Shown: positions 7,826-16,956 of the stretch, piece after piece
How positions within the stretch are numbered: position 1 is the stretch's first letter
How the letters are laid out: every line of letters starts with the position of its first letter
Source of the DNA: a candidate division CPR2 bacterium GW2011_GWC2_39_35
GTDB lineage: Bacteria > Patescibacteriota > CPR2
Reading direction: 5' to 3'
Assembly: GCA_000995065.1 (NCBI GenBank)
Contig: LBWX01000001.1
Coordinates: 223,563 to 287,562 of the forward strand
Length of the DNA stretch: 64,000 nt
Notes under the pieces: model-generated
What the model was told of the DNA's origin: nothing
What the model saw: the letters and a program-made list of their open reading frames with translations, nothing else
Databases searched by the model: none
Program-made: the position numbers and the translations under genes

Positions 7826-9901
7826 ATGGCAAAGAACTTACTTATAGTAGAATCGCCTGCAAAGGCCAAGACAATTGAAAAATATTTAGGAAAAGATTAC
7901 CAAGTCAAAGCAAGTTTTGGGCATATTAGAGACCTGCCAAAATCAAAGCTAGGCATTGATATTCATGACAATTTTAAACCTGAGTATATTATTCCCAAAA
8001 AATCCCAAAAAACTGTTAATGAACTAAAAAAATCGGTGTCAGCAGCTAAAAAAGTATATTTAGCCACAGACTTGGACAGAGAAGGCGAGGCTATTTCTTG
8101 GCATATACTAAAAGCAACCGGGTTAGATCATAAATCAGATAAAGTAGATCGAATTACTTTTCACGAAATTACCAAAGATGCAATCCTAGACGCTTTGGCG
8201 CACCCAAGAAAAATAAATAAAGACTTAGTAGACGCCCAGCAAGCAAGGCGAGTCTTAGATAGACTCGTGGGCTACAAGTTAAGCCCGCTTTTGTGGTCTA
8301 AGATAAGAAGAGGCTTGTCGGCCGGTAGAGTTCAGTCAATCGCCTTAAAACTTATTATTGATAGGGAAAGAGAAATTGATAAATTTGTCCCAAAGGAATA
8401 TTGGTCAATCGATGCCATCCTAGAAAAGAAAAAGAAAGAGTTTAAAGCCAGTCTTATATCCAAAAATGAGAAGAAATTAGAGATACATAACGAGAGTGAA
8501 GCAAAAGGCATCTTAAAAGATTTAGAGAATGCGGATTATATAGTTCGAGATGTAATCAAAAAAGAAGTCAAAAGAAATCCTGTAGCACCTTTTATAACCA
8601 GCACCTTGCAGCAAGATGCCGGCCGAAAATTAGGTTTTTCGGCAAAAAAAACCATGATGCTTGCCCAGCAGCTTTATGAAGGAATCGATTTGGGTCCGGA
8701 AAGTCATGTCGGCCTTATTACTTATATGAGGACAGACAGCACCAGTCTATCTGACGCAGCAATTGCAAACATCAGAAAATTAATCGAGTCCAAATACGGA
8801 AAAGAATATGTGCCTTCAAAACCAAGAGTTTTTAAAAAAGCAAAAGCGGCTCAAGAAGCACATGAAGCCATCAGGCCAACTCATATAGAAAAGGAACCGG
8901 ATAAAGTAAAACAATACTTATCAAAAGATCAATATCGCCTCTATGCTCTTATTTGGAAAAGAGCACTAGCCTCACAAATGGAGAGCGCCGTCTTAGATCA
9001 AACTTCTATCGATATAAAAGCCAGTGACTATATCTTTAGAACCACTGGGTCTATCATAAAATTTCCGGGTTTTACCAAAGTTTACGAGGAAAGTAAAGCC
9101 AGGGAAGAGCAAGAAGAAAAGAATGTTCTCCCAGAACTAGACAAAGGAGAAAAATTAAAGCTAGTTTCTCTTACCCCAAATCAGCATTTTACTTTAGCCC
9201 CGCCAAGATATTCCGAAGCAAGTTTAATTAAAGTCCTAGAAGAAGAGGGAATCGGCCGGCCATCAACTTACGCTCCGACTTTAAGCACCTTGAAGGATAG
9301 AGGCTATATTGATGTTATAGACAGAAAACTTCATCCCAAAGAGATTGGTTTTATCGTAAACGATCTTTTAGTAGAAAACTTTTCTAATATCATAAACCTT
9401 TCCTTTACGGCCCAAATGGAAAAAGAGTTTGACGAAATTGCTGAAGGCGACGTCGCCTGGCAGGAAGTGATCAAGCATTTTTGGGATCCTTTTTCTAAGC
9501 AGCTAGAAGAAAAACAAGACACAATTAAAAAAGTAGAAATGCCGGTCCAGATGACCGATGAGATCTGTCCTGATAGCGGCCACCCAATGATAATAAAGCA
9601 GGGAAGATACGGCGAATTCATGGCGTGTTCGGGTTGGCCGGAATGTAAATTTACCAAGCCCTTAGTTAAAGACTTGGGTGTTAAATGTCCGGATTGCCAA
9701 GAAGGGGACATTATCGAGAGAAGAACTAAAAAGGGCCGGATTTTTTACGGCTGTTCTACATTTCCGAAATGTAAATTTGCTTCTTGGGATAAGCCAGCGA
9801 CTAAACCATGTCCGGACTGCGAGGGTTTAATGGTTGAAAAAGGAAAAACATTGCGCTGCATAAAATGCGGTCACGAAGAACAAAAAGAAGATAATAAATA
9901 G
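7826..9901 (+). CDS. topA: DNA topoisomerase I
   Basis: MAKNLLIVESPAKAKTIEKYLG...GHIRDL Toprim, active-site region GLITYMRTDS, C-terminal multiple Cys4 zinc ribbons (CPDSG..C, CPDC..C, CPDCEG..C). Confidence 0.95.
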   Translation: MAKNLLIVESPAKAKTIEKYLGKDYQVKASFGHIRDLPKSKLGIDIHDNFKPEYIIPKKSQKTVNELKKSVSAAKKVYLATDLDREGEAISWHILKATGLDHKSDKVDRITFHEITKDAILDALAHPRKINKDLVDAQQARRVLDRLVGYKLSPLLWSKIRRGLSAGRVQSIALKLIIDREREIDKFVPKEYWSIDAILEKKKKEFKASLISKNEKKLEIHNESEAKGILKDLENADYIVRDVIKKEVKRNPVAPFITSTLQQDAGRKLGFSAKKTMMLAQQLYEGIDLGPESHVGLITYMRTDSTSLSDAAIANIRKLIESKYGKEYVPSKPRVFKKAKAAQEAHEAIRPTHIEKEPDKVKQYLSKDQYRLYALIWKRALASQMESAVLDQTSIDIKASDYIFRTTGSIIKFPGFTKVYEESKAREEQEEKNVLPELDKGEKLKLVSLTPNQHFTLAPPRYSEASLIKVLEEEGIGRPSTYAPTLSTLKDRGYIDVIDRKLHPKEIGFIVNDLLVENFSNIINLSFTAQMEKEFDEIAEGDVAWQEVIKHFWDPFSKQLEEKQDTIKKVEMPVQMTDEICPDSGHPMIIKQGRYGEFMACSGWPECKFTKPLVKDLGVKCPDCQEGDIIERRTKKGRIFYGCSTFPKCKFASWDKPATKPCPDCEGLMVEKGKTLRCIKCGHEEQKEDNK

Positions 9902-9912
9902 CTTCACATCAA

Positions 9913-9947
9913 AAAAATCGCCACGCAAAACTTGATGGCGGTTTTTT
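9913..9947 (+). terminator. probable intrinsic terminator after topA
   Basis: aaaaaaatcgccacgcaaaacttgatggcggtttttt: stem cgcca/tggcg, T-run. Confidence 0.5.
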
Positions 9948-10014
9948 ATTTAGCCAAAAAAATCTGCCAAAAGATCTAAAACACCTACACTTTTTATAAA
10001 TATAAAAGAAGCTC

Positions 10015-10112
10015 CAGTTGTCATTCCCGCGGAGGCGGGAATCCAGGAAGCACGTTGCACTTCCAAGCCTTCTGGATCCCCGTCTTCACGGGGATGACGG
10101 AAAGTGGGGGTG
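10015..10112. repeat. G+C-rich palindromic element, copy B (inverted relative to copy A at 4382-4480)
   Basis: contains hairpins attcccgc-GGAG-gcgggaat and atccccgt-cttc-acggggat; termini gtcattcccg / cggggatgac inverted; generates spurious ORFs 9950..10141(-) and 10018..10239(+). Confidence 0.7.
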
Positions 10113-10126
10113 TTCCAAGCCAAAGA

Positions 10127-10155
10127 TGTTGACAAAGTCAAATCTTAATGCTATA
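10127..10155 (+). promoter_or_regulatory. sigma-70-type promoter (TTGACA-17-TATAAT) for the 10193..14341 operon
   Basis: ttgaca aagtcaaatcttaatgc tataat, ~40 nt upstream of the start codon. Confidence 0.65.
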
Positions 10156-10192
10156 ATTTACTTGTTTATTTTTAAGCCGCTTTGCAAGCGAG

Positions 10193-11212
10193 GTGAAAAT
10201 GTCTGCTACTACCAACAAAGAAGAATTAGATTTGAATAAATTAGCCAGAGAAACTTTAGAGCTTTTAAAGAAAGAGAGAAGCCGAGAAGTTCTCTCGCTT
10301 CGTTTTGGCTTAGAAGTGCCAAAAACAACCCTCGAAAAAATTGGCCAAAGGTATGGCATTACCAGAGAGAGAGTAAGACAAATCGAAAAGGCGGCTCTAA
10401 CCAGGTTGAAAAATAATAATCTGGACAATTCAAATTCTCATAAAGAACTTTTTGATACTATTAAAGACCGTGGCGTAATTTTGCATACCGAAATAGAAAA
10501 AGACTTCGGCGCGCATCAACTAAATGCAATTCGGTTGCTTTTAAATTTATCTAACGAAATCTTAGAGGTCATTGAGGACGACAAAAAACACTCAACATTT
10601 ATACATGCCCAATACTCTCTAAAAGAAATCGAGAGTCTAATTAAACACACTTTAGATATCTTAAAAGAAACCGAAGAAGCAATCCATATAAATAAATTAC
10701 ATCAGAAACTAAAAGACAAATCTCAAATTGATTTATCGGATAATTTAGTCGAGAAGTCATTAAAAATTAGCAAGGATATTATTATTGATGATAGCTATGT
10801 TGGTCTTTCCGTATGGCCGACTATTAATCCTAAGAGCATAAAAGATAAGACATACTACGTTTTAAAAAAGGAAGGTAAGCCTCTTCACTTTTCAGAAATT
10901 GCAAACCGAGTAAGAAGCCTTTCCCAAAAACCTATCACCAAACAGGCAGTACATAACGAACTCATCAGAGATAATCGATTTGTGCTTATTGGTAGGGGAA
11001 TTTACGCACTTTCAGAATGGGGATACAATTCCGGAACAGTTGGAGATATTATTTATGACATCCTTAAAAAAGAGGAAGTTCTCCATAAAAATGATATTAT
11101 AGAAAGAGTACTGGAAAGAAGAATTGTAAAAGAAACTACAATTATCTTAAACCTTCAAAACAAAAACAAATTCAAAAGAGTAGGCAAGGCTACCTACTCC
11201 GTAAAGGAGTAA
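10193..11212 (+). CDS. DNA-binding protein with N-terminal sigma-70 region-4-like HTH and C-terminal HARE-HTH-like winged helix (probable start ATG 10199 after GAGGTG SD)
   Basis: N-term LSLRFGL..TLEKIGQRYGITRERVRQIEKAALTRLKN resembles sigma-70 region 4.2; C-term HFSEIANRV...DNRFVLIGRGIYALSEWGY resembles HARE-HTH (RpoE-delta/ASXL type) ending motif. Confidence 0.55.
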   Translation: MKMSATTNKEELDLNKLARETLELLKKERSREVLSLRFGLEVPKTTLEKIGQRYGITRERVRQIEKAALTRLKNNNLDNSNSHKELFDTIKDRGVILHTEIEKDFGAHQLNAIRLLLNLSNEILEVIEDDKKHSTFIHAQYSLKEIESLIKHTLDILKETEEAIHINKLHQKLKDKSQIDLSDNLVEKSLKISKDIIIDDSYVGLSVWPTINPKSIKDKTYYVLKKEGKPLHFSEIANRVRSLSQKPITKQAVHNELIRDNRFVLIGRGIYALSEWGYNSGTVGDIIYDILKKEEVLHKNDIIERVLERRIVKETTIILNLQNKNKFKRVGKATYSVKE

Positions 11213-11215
11213 CAA

Positions 11216-14200
11216 ATGTCTTTAGAATTAATAGTATCAATCTTTCAGGGAATTTTTAGCGTTCTTGTTTTTGTATTTACTTATACCTGGTGGATAATCG
11301 CCGCCATTTTGGCCTGGGAAACTTACCAGAATTACCGGAAAAAGGGTTGGGTAGAAAACCTTGAACATATGCTGTTAAAAGTGGAAATACCTAAAAATAA
11401 CGATAAAGGCCCCGTAGCGGCCGAAATGATGTTTGCTTCACTTCATGGGATTTTAAAAGACAAAACCGAGCAGCAAAAAGAGGGAAGCATTCAAGAGCAC
11501 ATTTCGTTTGAGATTGTTGCCACCTTAAATTCAATCCAATTTTATATTTGGGTACCGGTACATCTAAGAGATTATTTAGAAGGCCAGCTTTATGCCCAGT
11601 ATCCCTCGGCAGAAATAACAGTCGTAGATGATTATTCAACGGATATCGATATTGATGACGACGGTATTGACGACTGCGTCGCTTCTACCGAACTCGTTCT
11701 AGAAAAAGAAGACCTGCTTCCTATAAAAACTTTTCAGAGCTTTGAAGTCGATCCACTAGCCGGCATCACCAGTGTTTTAAGTAAGCTTGACGATCCTAAA
11801 GAGCAGGTTTGGATTCAAATTCTTGCTAAGCCTCATGATAATTCTTGGCAAACGAGAGCCCAAGAATATACCGACAGCACAAGAACCGGAGGTTCGGGCG
11901 GACTTAGCATTGCTTCAATTATGGGATCCATTAAAAGAGCGCCGATTTCACTTCCAAAAACTTTAATTTCAATGGCCTTAAGAGCTCCTGAACCAGCTGC
12001 CCCGACTACTGCCCCAAAACTTTCGAAGCATGAAGAAGCCGAACTAACAGCCATAGACACTAAGGCTAATAAGCTTGGCTACGACGTCAAAATTAGAATA
12101 ATGTACCTCGCCAAAACGAAAGAAAAAGCGAAGTATCGCCTTCAAGCCGTGGTTGGCAGTTTTAAGCAGTTTAATACCACCCTAAATGGTTTCACTTCCA
12201 CCGGATTAAATGAAGGCAGGGGTCCTTTAGACGAATACCGGGCCCGCTATTTTGACGCTGGTTATCTTCTAAACATCGAGGAGCTAGCCAGCATTTATCA
12301 TCTTCCCCATATCTCCGTAGAGACTCCAAATATCAATTGGGTTTCTTCTAAAAAAGCTGAGCCACCGGCAACCTTACCCGTAGAAGGATCAGCTCCACCG
12401 GACGAACTAACTCTCTTTGCTCAGACAAACTTTAGAGGAGTTAGACAAAAATTTGGCATTAAGATGGATGATCGCCGAAGACATACCTATGTAATAGGTA
12501 AGTCCGGCGTCGGTAAATCGTGGCTTCTTGCCTTACTATCTATTTCGGATATTTACGCCGGTAAAGGCGTCTGTATTATTGATCCTCATGGTGATCTAGC
12601 CGAAAAGGTTATAACCTACGTTCCGGAACATCGCATCAAGGATGTTGTTTACTTTAATCCTTCCGACACCAATTTTCCAATTGGTTTTAATACTATGGAA
12701 TGCCCAAATCCGGACTTTAAAGAAACCATCGCCTCCGGATTCGTATCTATTTTTAAAAAGCAATTCGGGTATAGCTGGGGTCCAAGACTTGAATACGTTC
12801 TAAGATACACGATCTTGGCCCTTTTAGATACTCCGGAGACCACCATGCTTGGTGTTATAAGAATGCTTACCGAAAAAAACTTTAGACAAAAAGTCATTAA
12901 GAACATTAAAGACCCGGTCGTAAAAAACTTTTGGGAAAAAGAATATGCCACTTATAATGACAGGTTTGCCACAGAAGCAGTTGCTCCGATATTAAACAAG
13001 GTTGGTCAGTTTATTGCTTCTCCTCTTATAAGAAACATAGTAGGTCAACCAATAAGCACTTTTGATATCAGAGAAATTATGGATGAGGAAAAAATATTAA
13101 TCATTAATCTTTCTTCCGGAAGAATAGGGGAGGACAACTCAGCCTTGCTCGGTGCTATGATGATAACTAAGATTCAGCTCGCCGCCATGTCGAGAGCAGA
13201 TGTTTCAGAAGAAAAACGAAAAGATTTTTATCTATATGTCGACGAGTTCCAGAACTTCGCCACAGACTCCTTTGCTAAGATATTATCAGAAGCTAGAAAA
13301 TATCGCTTAAACTTAATTGTCGCCAACCAATACATTGCTCAGATGGATGAAACAGTTAGAGACGCTGTTTTTGGAAACGTTGGAACTCTAGTATCTTATA
13401 GAGTTGGTGCTAAAGACGCCACATTCTTAGAAAACGAGTTTAGCGGCATATTTGAGTCACATGACCTAATCAATCTAGATAATCAGCATATCTATCTAAA
13501 AATGCTTATTGATGGCGTTACCAGACAGCCATTTTCGGGCAAAATATTAAACCTGCCGGAAGCCAAACTCGACCTAACAACCCAAATTTTGCAAAACTCA
13601 AGAGAACAGTATACCAAGCCCAAAACCGAGGTCGAAGAAATGATTGCCAAACTAAGCACCCAAGGAGGGCAACCGCAAAACGAAGACGGCGAGGATATTA
13701 GAGAAGAGAGAAAAGATAATAGATACGACAACAGGCCAAACTACAACAACTCGAATAACCCTAAAAGGGATTTTACGCCGCCTGCTGTAAGCGCCGAGAA
13801 CAGAATAAAGAATGCTCCTTTAAATAGACAAACGCCAAGGGATAGAGTGGAACCAGGGCATAGCGACAAATACATTGCAAGAAGTAACCAAGAAAAACCA
13901 CCCATGAAACAACCCGTGAAACATTCGTCAAATTCTTATGTCAAAACAGATCATGCCAATAATATTCATCATGATAAAAGACCAATGGGCCAAAAAAATC
14001 CTAGTGATCGCTCCTCCAATGATCAAAGAAATCAAAAGAAATTAGATGAAGAAAATATCCGTAAAGCAATTAGGGAGGCTTTAAGTAAGAAAGAGCAGAC
14101 GTCAAACCATGAAAACCGCCAGACCGAGGTAAAGGTAAAACCTGCTCATGAGCATAAACAAACCACCGAAGACAAACCAAAACATGAATCACAAAACAAT

Positions 14201-14341
14201 AACAATAAGGTAATTACGCATGAAAACTTTAAGGATATTAATGTGATCCATCCTCATGAAAAAATAATCGTTGCCGGTAACAACGTCAAAAATCCTAAAG
14301 AGTTAAATCCCGGAGAAACAATAGTATTTAATGATAAATAA
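11216..14341 (+). CDS. membrane-anchored P-loop ATPase of the VirD4/TraD/TrwB (type IV coupling protein-like) family with ~330-aa N/Q/K/E/H-rich disordered C-terminal tail
   Basis: N-terminal hydrophobic segment; Walker A IGKSGVGKS followed by CIIDPHGDL (T4CP-like P-loop...DPxG arrangement); Walker B LYVDEFQNF; tail NRYDNRPNYNNSNNPKRD...HEHKQTTEDKPKHESQNNNNK; AAGGAG SD; 3-nt gap to upstream gene. Confidence 0.5.
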   Translation: MSLELIVSIFQGIFSVLVFVFTYTWWIIAAILAWETYQNYRKKGWVENLEHMLLKVEIPKNNDKGPVAAEMMFASLHGILKDKTEQQKEGSIQEHISFEIVATLNSIQFYIWVPVHLRDYLEGQLYAQYPSAEITVVDDYSTDIDIDDDGIDDCVASTELVLEKEDLLPIKTFQSFEVDPLAGITSVLSKLDDPKEQVWIQILAKPHDNSWQTRAQEYTDSTRTGGSGGLSIASIMGSIKRAPISLPKTLISMALRAPEPAAPTTAPKLSKHEEAELTAIDTKANKLGYDVKIRIMYLAKTKEKAKYRLQAVVGSFKQFNTTLNGFTSTGLNEGRGPLDEYRARYFDAGYLLNIEELASIYHLPHISVETPNINWVSSKKAEPPATLPVEGSAPPDELTLFAQTNFRGVRQKFGIKMDDRRRHTYVIGKSGVGKSWLLALLSISDIYAGKGVCIIDPHGDLAEKVITYVPEHRIKDVVYFNPSDTNFPIGFNTMECPNPDFKETIASGFVSIFKKQFGYSWGPRLEYVLRYTILALLDTPETTMLGVIRMLTEKNFRQKVIKNIKDPVVKNFWEKEYATYNDRFATEAVAPILNKVGQFIASPLIRNIVGQPISTFDIREIMDEEKILIINLSSGRIGEDNSALLGAMMITKIQLAAMSRADVSEEKRKDFYLYVDEFQNFATDSFAKILSEARKYRLNLIVANQYIAQMDETVRDAVFGNVGTLVSYRVGAKDATFLENEFSGIFESHDLINLDNQHIYLKMLIDGVTRQPFSGKILNLPEAKLDLTTQILQNSREQYTKPKTEVEEMIAKLSTQGGQPQNEDGEDIREERKDNRYDNRPNYNNSNNPKRDFTPPAVSAENRIKNAPLNRQTPRDRVEPGHSDKYIARSNQEKPPMKQPVKHSSNSYVKTDHANNIHHDKRPMGQKNPSDRSSNDQRNQKKLDEENIRKAIREALSKKEQTSNHENRQTEVKVKPAHEHKQTTEDKPKHESQNNNNKVITHENFKDINVIHPHEKIIVAGNNVKNPKELNPGETIVFNDK

Positions 14342-14804
14342 ATAATTAAAATAGGTCGGGGGAGTGACAGAGAACTAAAGGAATGTACGACCAGAAGTAA
14401 TCCATGGCTTATGTCGCACAATGTATCTTATGCGACACTGAGTAATTATCGAATTAGACGATAAGTAAGTCATCTATTTAAATACTAGAAATGGCCCTAT
14501 AAGCGTAAAATAGCCATTTTTACATCTTTTTAACTAGTATATTATTTGCAATCATGCCCTACATTAAACATGTCTCTGTTTTATTTTTAAAAATCCTTGA
14601 GTTGCTTAAAAATTTTCTTACTAATTTATCAAAATATTTTTAAGTCTTTACTTGCTTCTCTAGCCTACTAAAAATTATTTTTCACAAAAGAATTAATTAA
14701 CAGTAACAAGGGCTTTAATTATTAATAATTAAATATTTAAATTTAAATAGCACTCCACCCTTTTTTGTGAAACAGACACTGTTTCACAGGTTTAAAACCC
14801 AAAT

Positions 14805-15611
14805 TTATTTATAGAAGATTCTATTTTCTACTCTAAGGTCAATGTATTCGATGGTTCGATTTTCTTTTTTAACTTCTTTTAAAACCCGTCCCAAGCTTTC
14901 GATCTGACTTAAAGGATCTCTAGTAGTATCAAAAAATACCTGAAAATTGCCATCGGTTTTTATTTTAAGTTCTCTCTTAAATTCATTGGTAATATTTATT
15001 TCGACTATCTTGTATCCAGTTTGGGGGAAACTGGAATTTACTTTTTCGATAAATAGCATTAAATCCGGGGTACCTACCCTATCCCCCGGACGGAGCAGCA
15101 AATTGTTGCTATCAATTACATTTATGGCATTTTCTTTAGTCTTACCCATCTCCACTACTACACCTTCGCGATCAACAACATATTTTTCACCCATAGCTTG
15201 CCAATTAAATGCTATGTCTCTTAAGGAGGCTTTTATAGATATGTCTTTTTCTTTTGCCTCTTTTGTTACCGTAACTTCTTTTAATTCCGGCATATTACTT
15301 TTTAAATGTTTCTCGAGGCTGCTTTTCGAGATAAAATAATAGTTTTTTTTAAAAAAGCCTTTACTAAAATCAGATACTTGGCTCTTTAGCTGGATGGATT
15401 GCTCGTCGCTTAGGCCGGTTATCTTCACTTCTTTTACTTGAAAGGCGCTTGAAACGAAAAACCAATAAAACAAGGTGAGGCTGCCGATTACAAAAATTCT
15501 AAAAAGATAGGCCTTAAAAGGAATTTTCTTTTTATTTGAAAAACTTCTCTTGGTCGGCTTATGAAGTAACTGCCTTCGCCCAACTTGTCTTCTTTTTCTA
15601 TTTCTTCTCAT
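14805..15611 (-). CDS. ftsQ: cell division protein FtsQ/DivIB (POTRA domain)
   Basis: basic N-terminus, single TM, POTRA-like VKEVKITGLSDEQ region; last gene of dcw-type cluster. Confidence 0.65.
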   Translation of the reverse strand: MRRNRKRRQVGRRQLLHKPTKRSFSNKKKIPFKAYLFRIFVIGSLTLFYWFFVSSAFQVKEVKITGLSDEQSIQLKSQVSDFSKGFFKKNYYFISKSSLEKHLKSNMPELKEVTVTKEAKEKDISIKASLRDIAFNWQAMGEKYVVDREGVVVEMGKTKENAINVIDSNNLLLRPGDRVGTPDLMLFIEKVNSSFPQTGYKIVEINITNEFKRELKIKTDGNFQVFFDTTRDPLSQIESLGRVLKEVKKENRTIEYIDLRVENRIFYK

Positions 15612-16956
15612 TTATAGACTCTTTAATTCCCTTAGCTATCTTCCAAACGTCGCCGGCTCCCATTGTTACAATGACGTCATTTCTATTATTTAAGATGGCA
15701 TCGTCAATAATCTTATCAAAATCCTCTATGTGTTCAGCATTTCCACCCTCATTGTTAATTGCGTCTACCAGCATAGAAGCACTTACTTTATTTTTATCTT
15801 TCTCACTATCGCGCGACTCATATATGTTTGGAATAATGACTCTATCGACTGCCCTTAGAGCCTTAGAAAATTCTTTAATTAGAAGGGCGGTCCTAGAAAA
15901 CTGATGAGGCTGAAAAATACAGCAAATTTTTTTATTTGGATACATTTCCCTTAAAGCGCTGATCGTCGCTTCGATTTCTGTTGGATGATGACCATAATCA
16001 TCGTAAACAACGGGGTTGTCACTAATTTTATCAAGCCTTCTCTTAGCACCTTTAAAGTCCTTGAAGGCACTTTTTACAGATTCCACATTTATATTCAAAA
16101 ATTTAGATGCTGCAAAAACGGTAGCCGCATTAAAAGCATTATGCTTCCCGGATACTCCCAATTGAATGTCAGAGCTTTCCGCATCATGATTAATATTAAA
16201 TTTCACCCCCTTGTTATCTGATTTTACATTACCTAACTTGTAGTCGTTACTTATTCCAAAACCCACAAAAAAAACCTGACACTTGGCCCGCTCTGCGATA
16301 TGACGGCAAACTTCGGAGTCACCATTTATTACTAAAAAGCCATCTTTTTGAATCTGACCCACAAAGCTAGAAAAGGCCTCAATGATGTCGCCTAAATCCT
16401 TAAAATAATCCAGATGATCGGCTTCAACATTAGTGATGATGGCGCCAAAGGGTTTGATATCCAAGAAAGATCGGTTATATTCACAAGCTTCTGCCACAAA
16501 ATAATCTCCCTCACCCGATAAGTAACTCGTATTTAGACTTTGAATCTCTCCTCCAACCACAGCAATCGGATCTAAATCAGCCCTCTTTAAAACTAAAGCT
16601 ATTAAAGAAGAAGTTGTGGTTTTACCGTGGGTACCAGAAATTGCAATTCCCTTTTTAAGAGCCATTAGGTTTCCCAGAAGTTCTGACCTTTGAATAACTT
16701 TTTTATTCAACTTCTTGGCTTTTTCAAGTTCCGGATTACTAGCAGGAATTGCCGGCGTTACCACGACAACATCGACATCTTGAGGAAGATTCTCTTTGCT
16801 GTGCCCAATAAAAACCGTCGCTCCTTTATCTTTTAATTTTCTGACATTTCCCGACTCCTCCATATCAGAACCCGTAACCCTTTCGCCTCTATCTAGCATA
16901 ATATTAGCAAGAGGAGACATCCCGGAACCGCCAATTCCTATAAAATGATAGTTCAT
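15598..16956 (-). CDS. murC: UDP-N-acetylmuramate--L-alanine ligase
   Basis: MNYHFIGIGGSGMSPLA Rossmann start, GTHGKTTTSS P-loop, Mur ligase middle and C domains. Confidence 0.92.
   Translation of the reverse strand: MNYHFIGIGGSGMSPLANIMLDRGERVTGSDMEESGNVRKLKDKGATVFIGHSKENLPQDVDVVVVTPAIPASNPELEKAKKLNKKVIQRSELLGNLMALKKGIAISGTHGKTTTSSLIALVLKRADLDPIAVVGGEIQSLNTSYLSGEGDYFVAEACEYNRSFLDIKPFGAIITNVEADHLDYFKDLGDIIEAFSSFVGQIQKDGFLVINGDSEVCRHIAERAKCQVFFVGFGISNDYKLGNVKSDNKGVKFNINHDAESSDIQLGVSGKHNAFNAATVFAASKFLNINVESVKSAFKDFKGAKRRLDKISDNPVVYDDYGHHPTEIEATISALREMYPNKKICCIFQPHQFSRTALLIKEFSKALRAVDRVIIPNIYESRDSEKDKNKVSASMLVDAINNEGGNAEHIEDFDKIIDDAILNNRNDVIVTMGAGDVWKIAKGIKESINEKK

Noticed and set aside
9950-10239. 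ORFs 9950..10141(-) and 10018..10239(+) of 63-73 aa overlapping each other
   Set aside because: - Both lie entirely inside the G+C-rich palindromic repeat copy B and the promoter of the downstream operon.
- The open frames are a by-product of G+C richness; there is no RBS or start context.
14763-14790. TGTGA...TCACA palindrome as a CRP-binding site
   Set aside because: - The half-site spacer is 13 nt rather than the 6 nt of CRP/FNR sites.
- It is kept only as a generic palindrome or terminator (see findings).
14947-15904. Plus-strand ORFs 14947..15339 and 15536..15904 inside ftsQ/murC
   Set aside because: - They are antisense to well-supported dcw genes.
- The same applies to 16945..17175, 18164..18484, 20551..21033 and 21776..21961.
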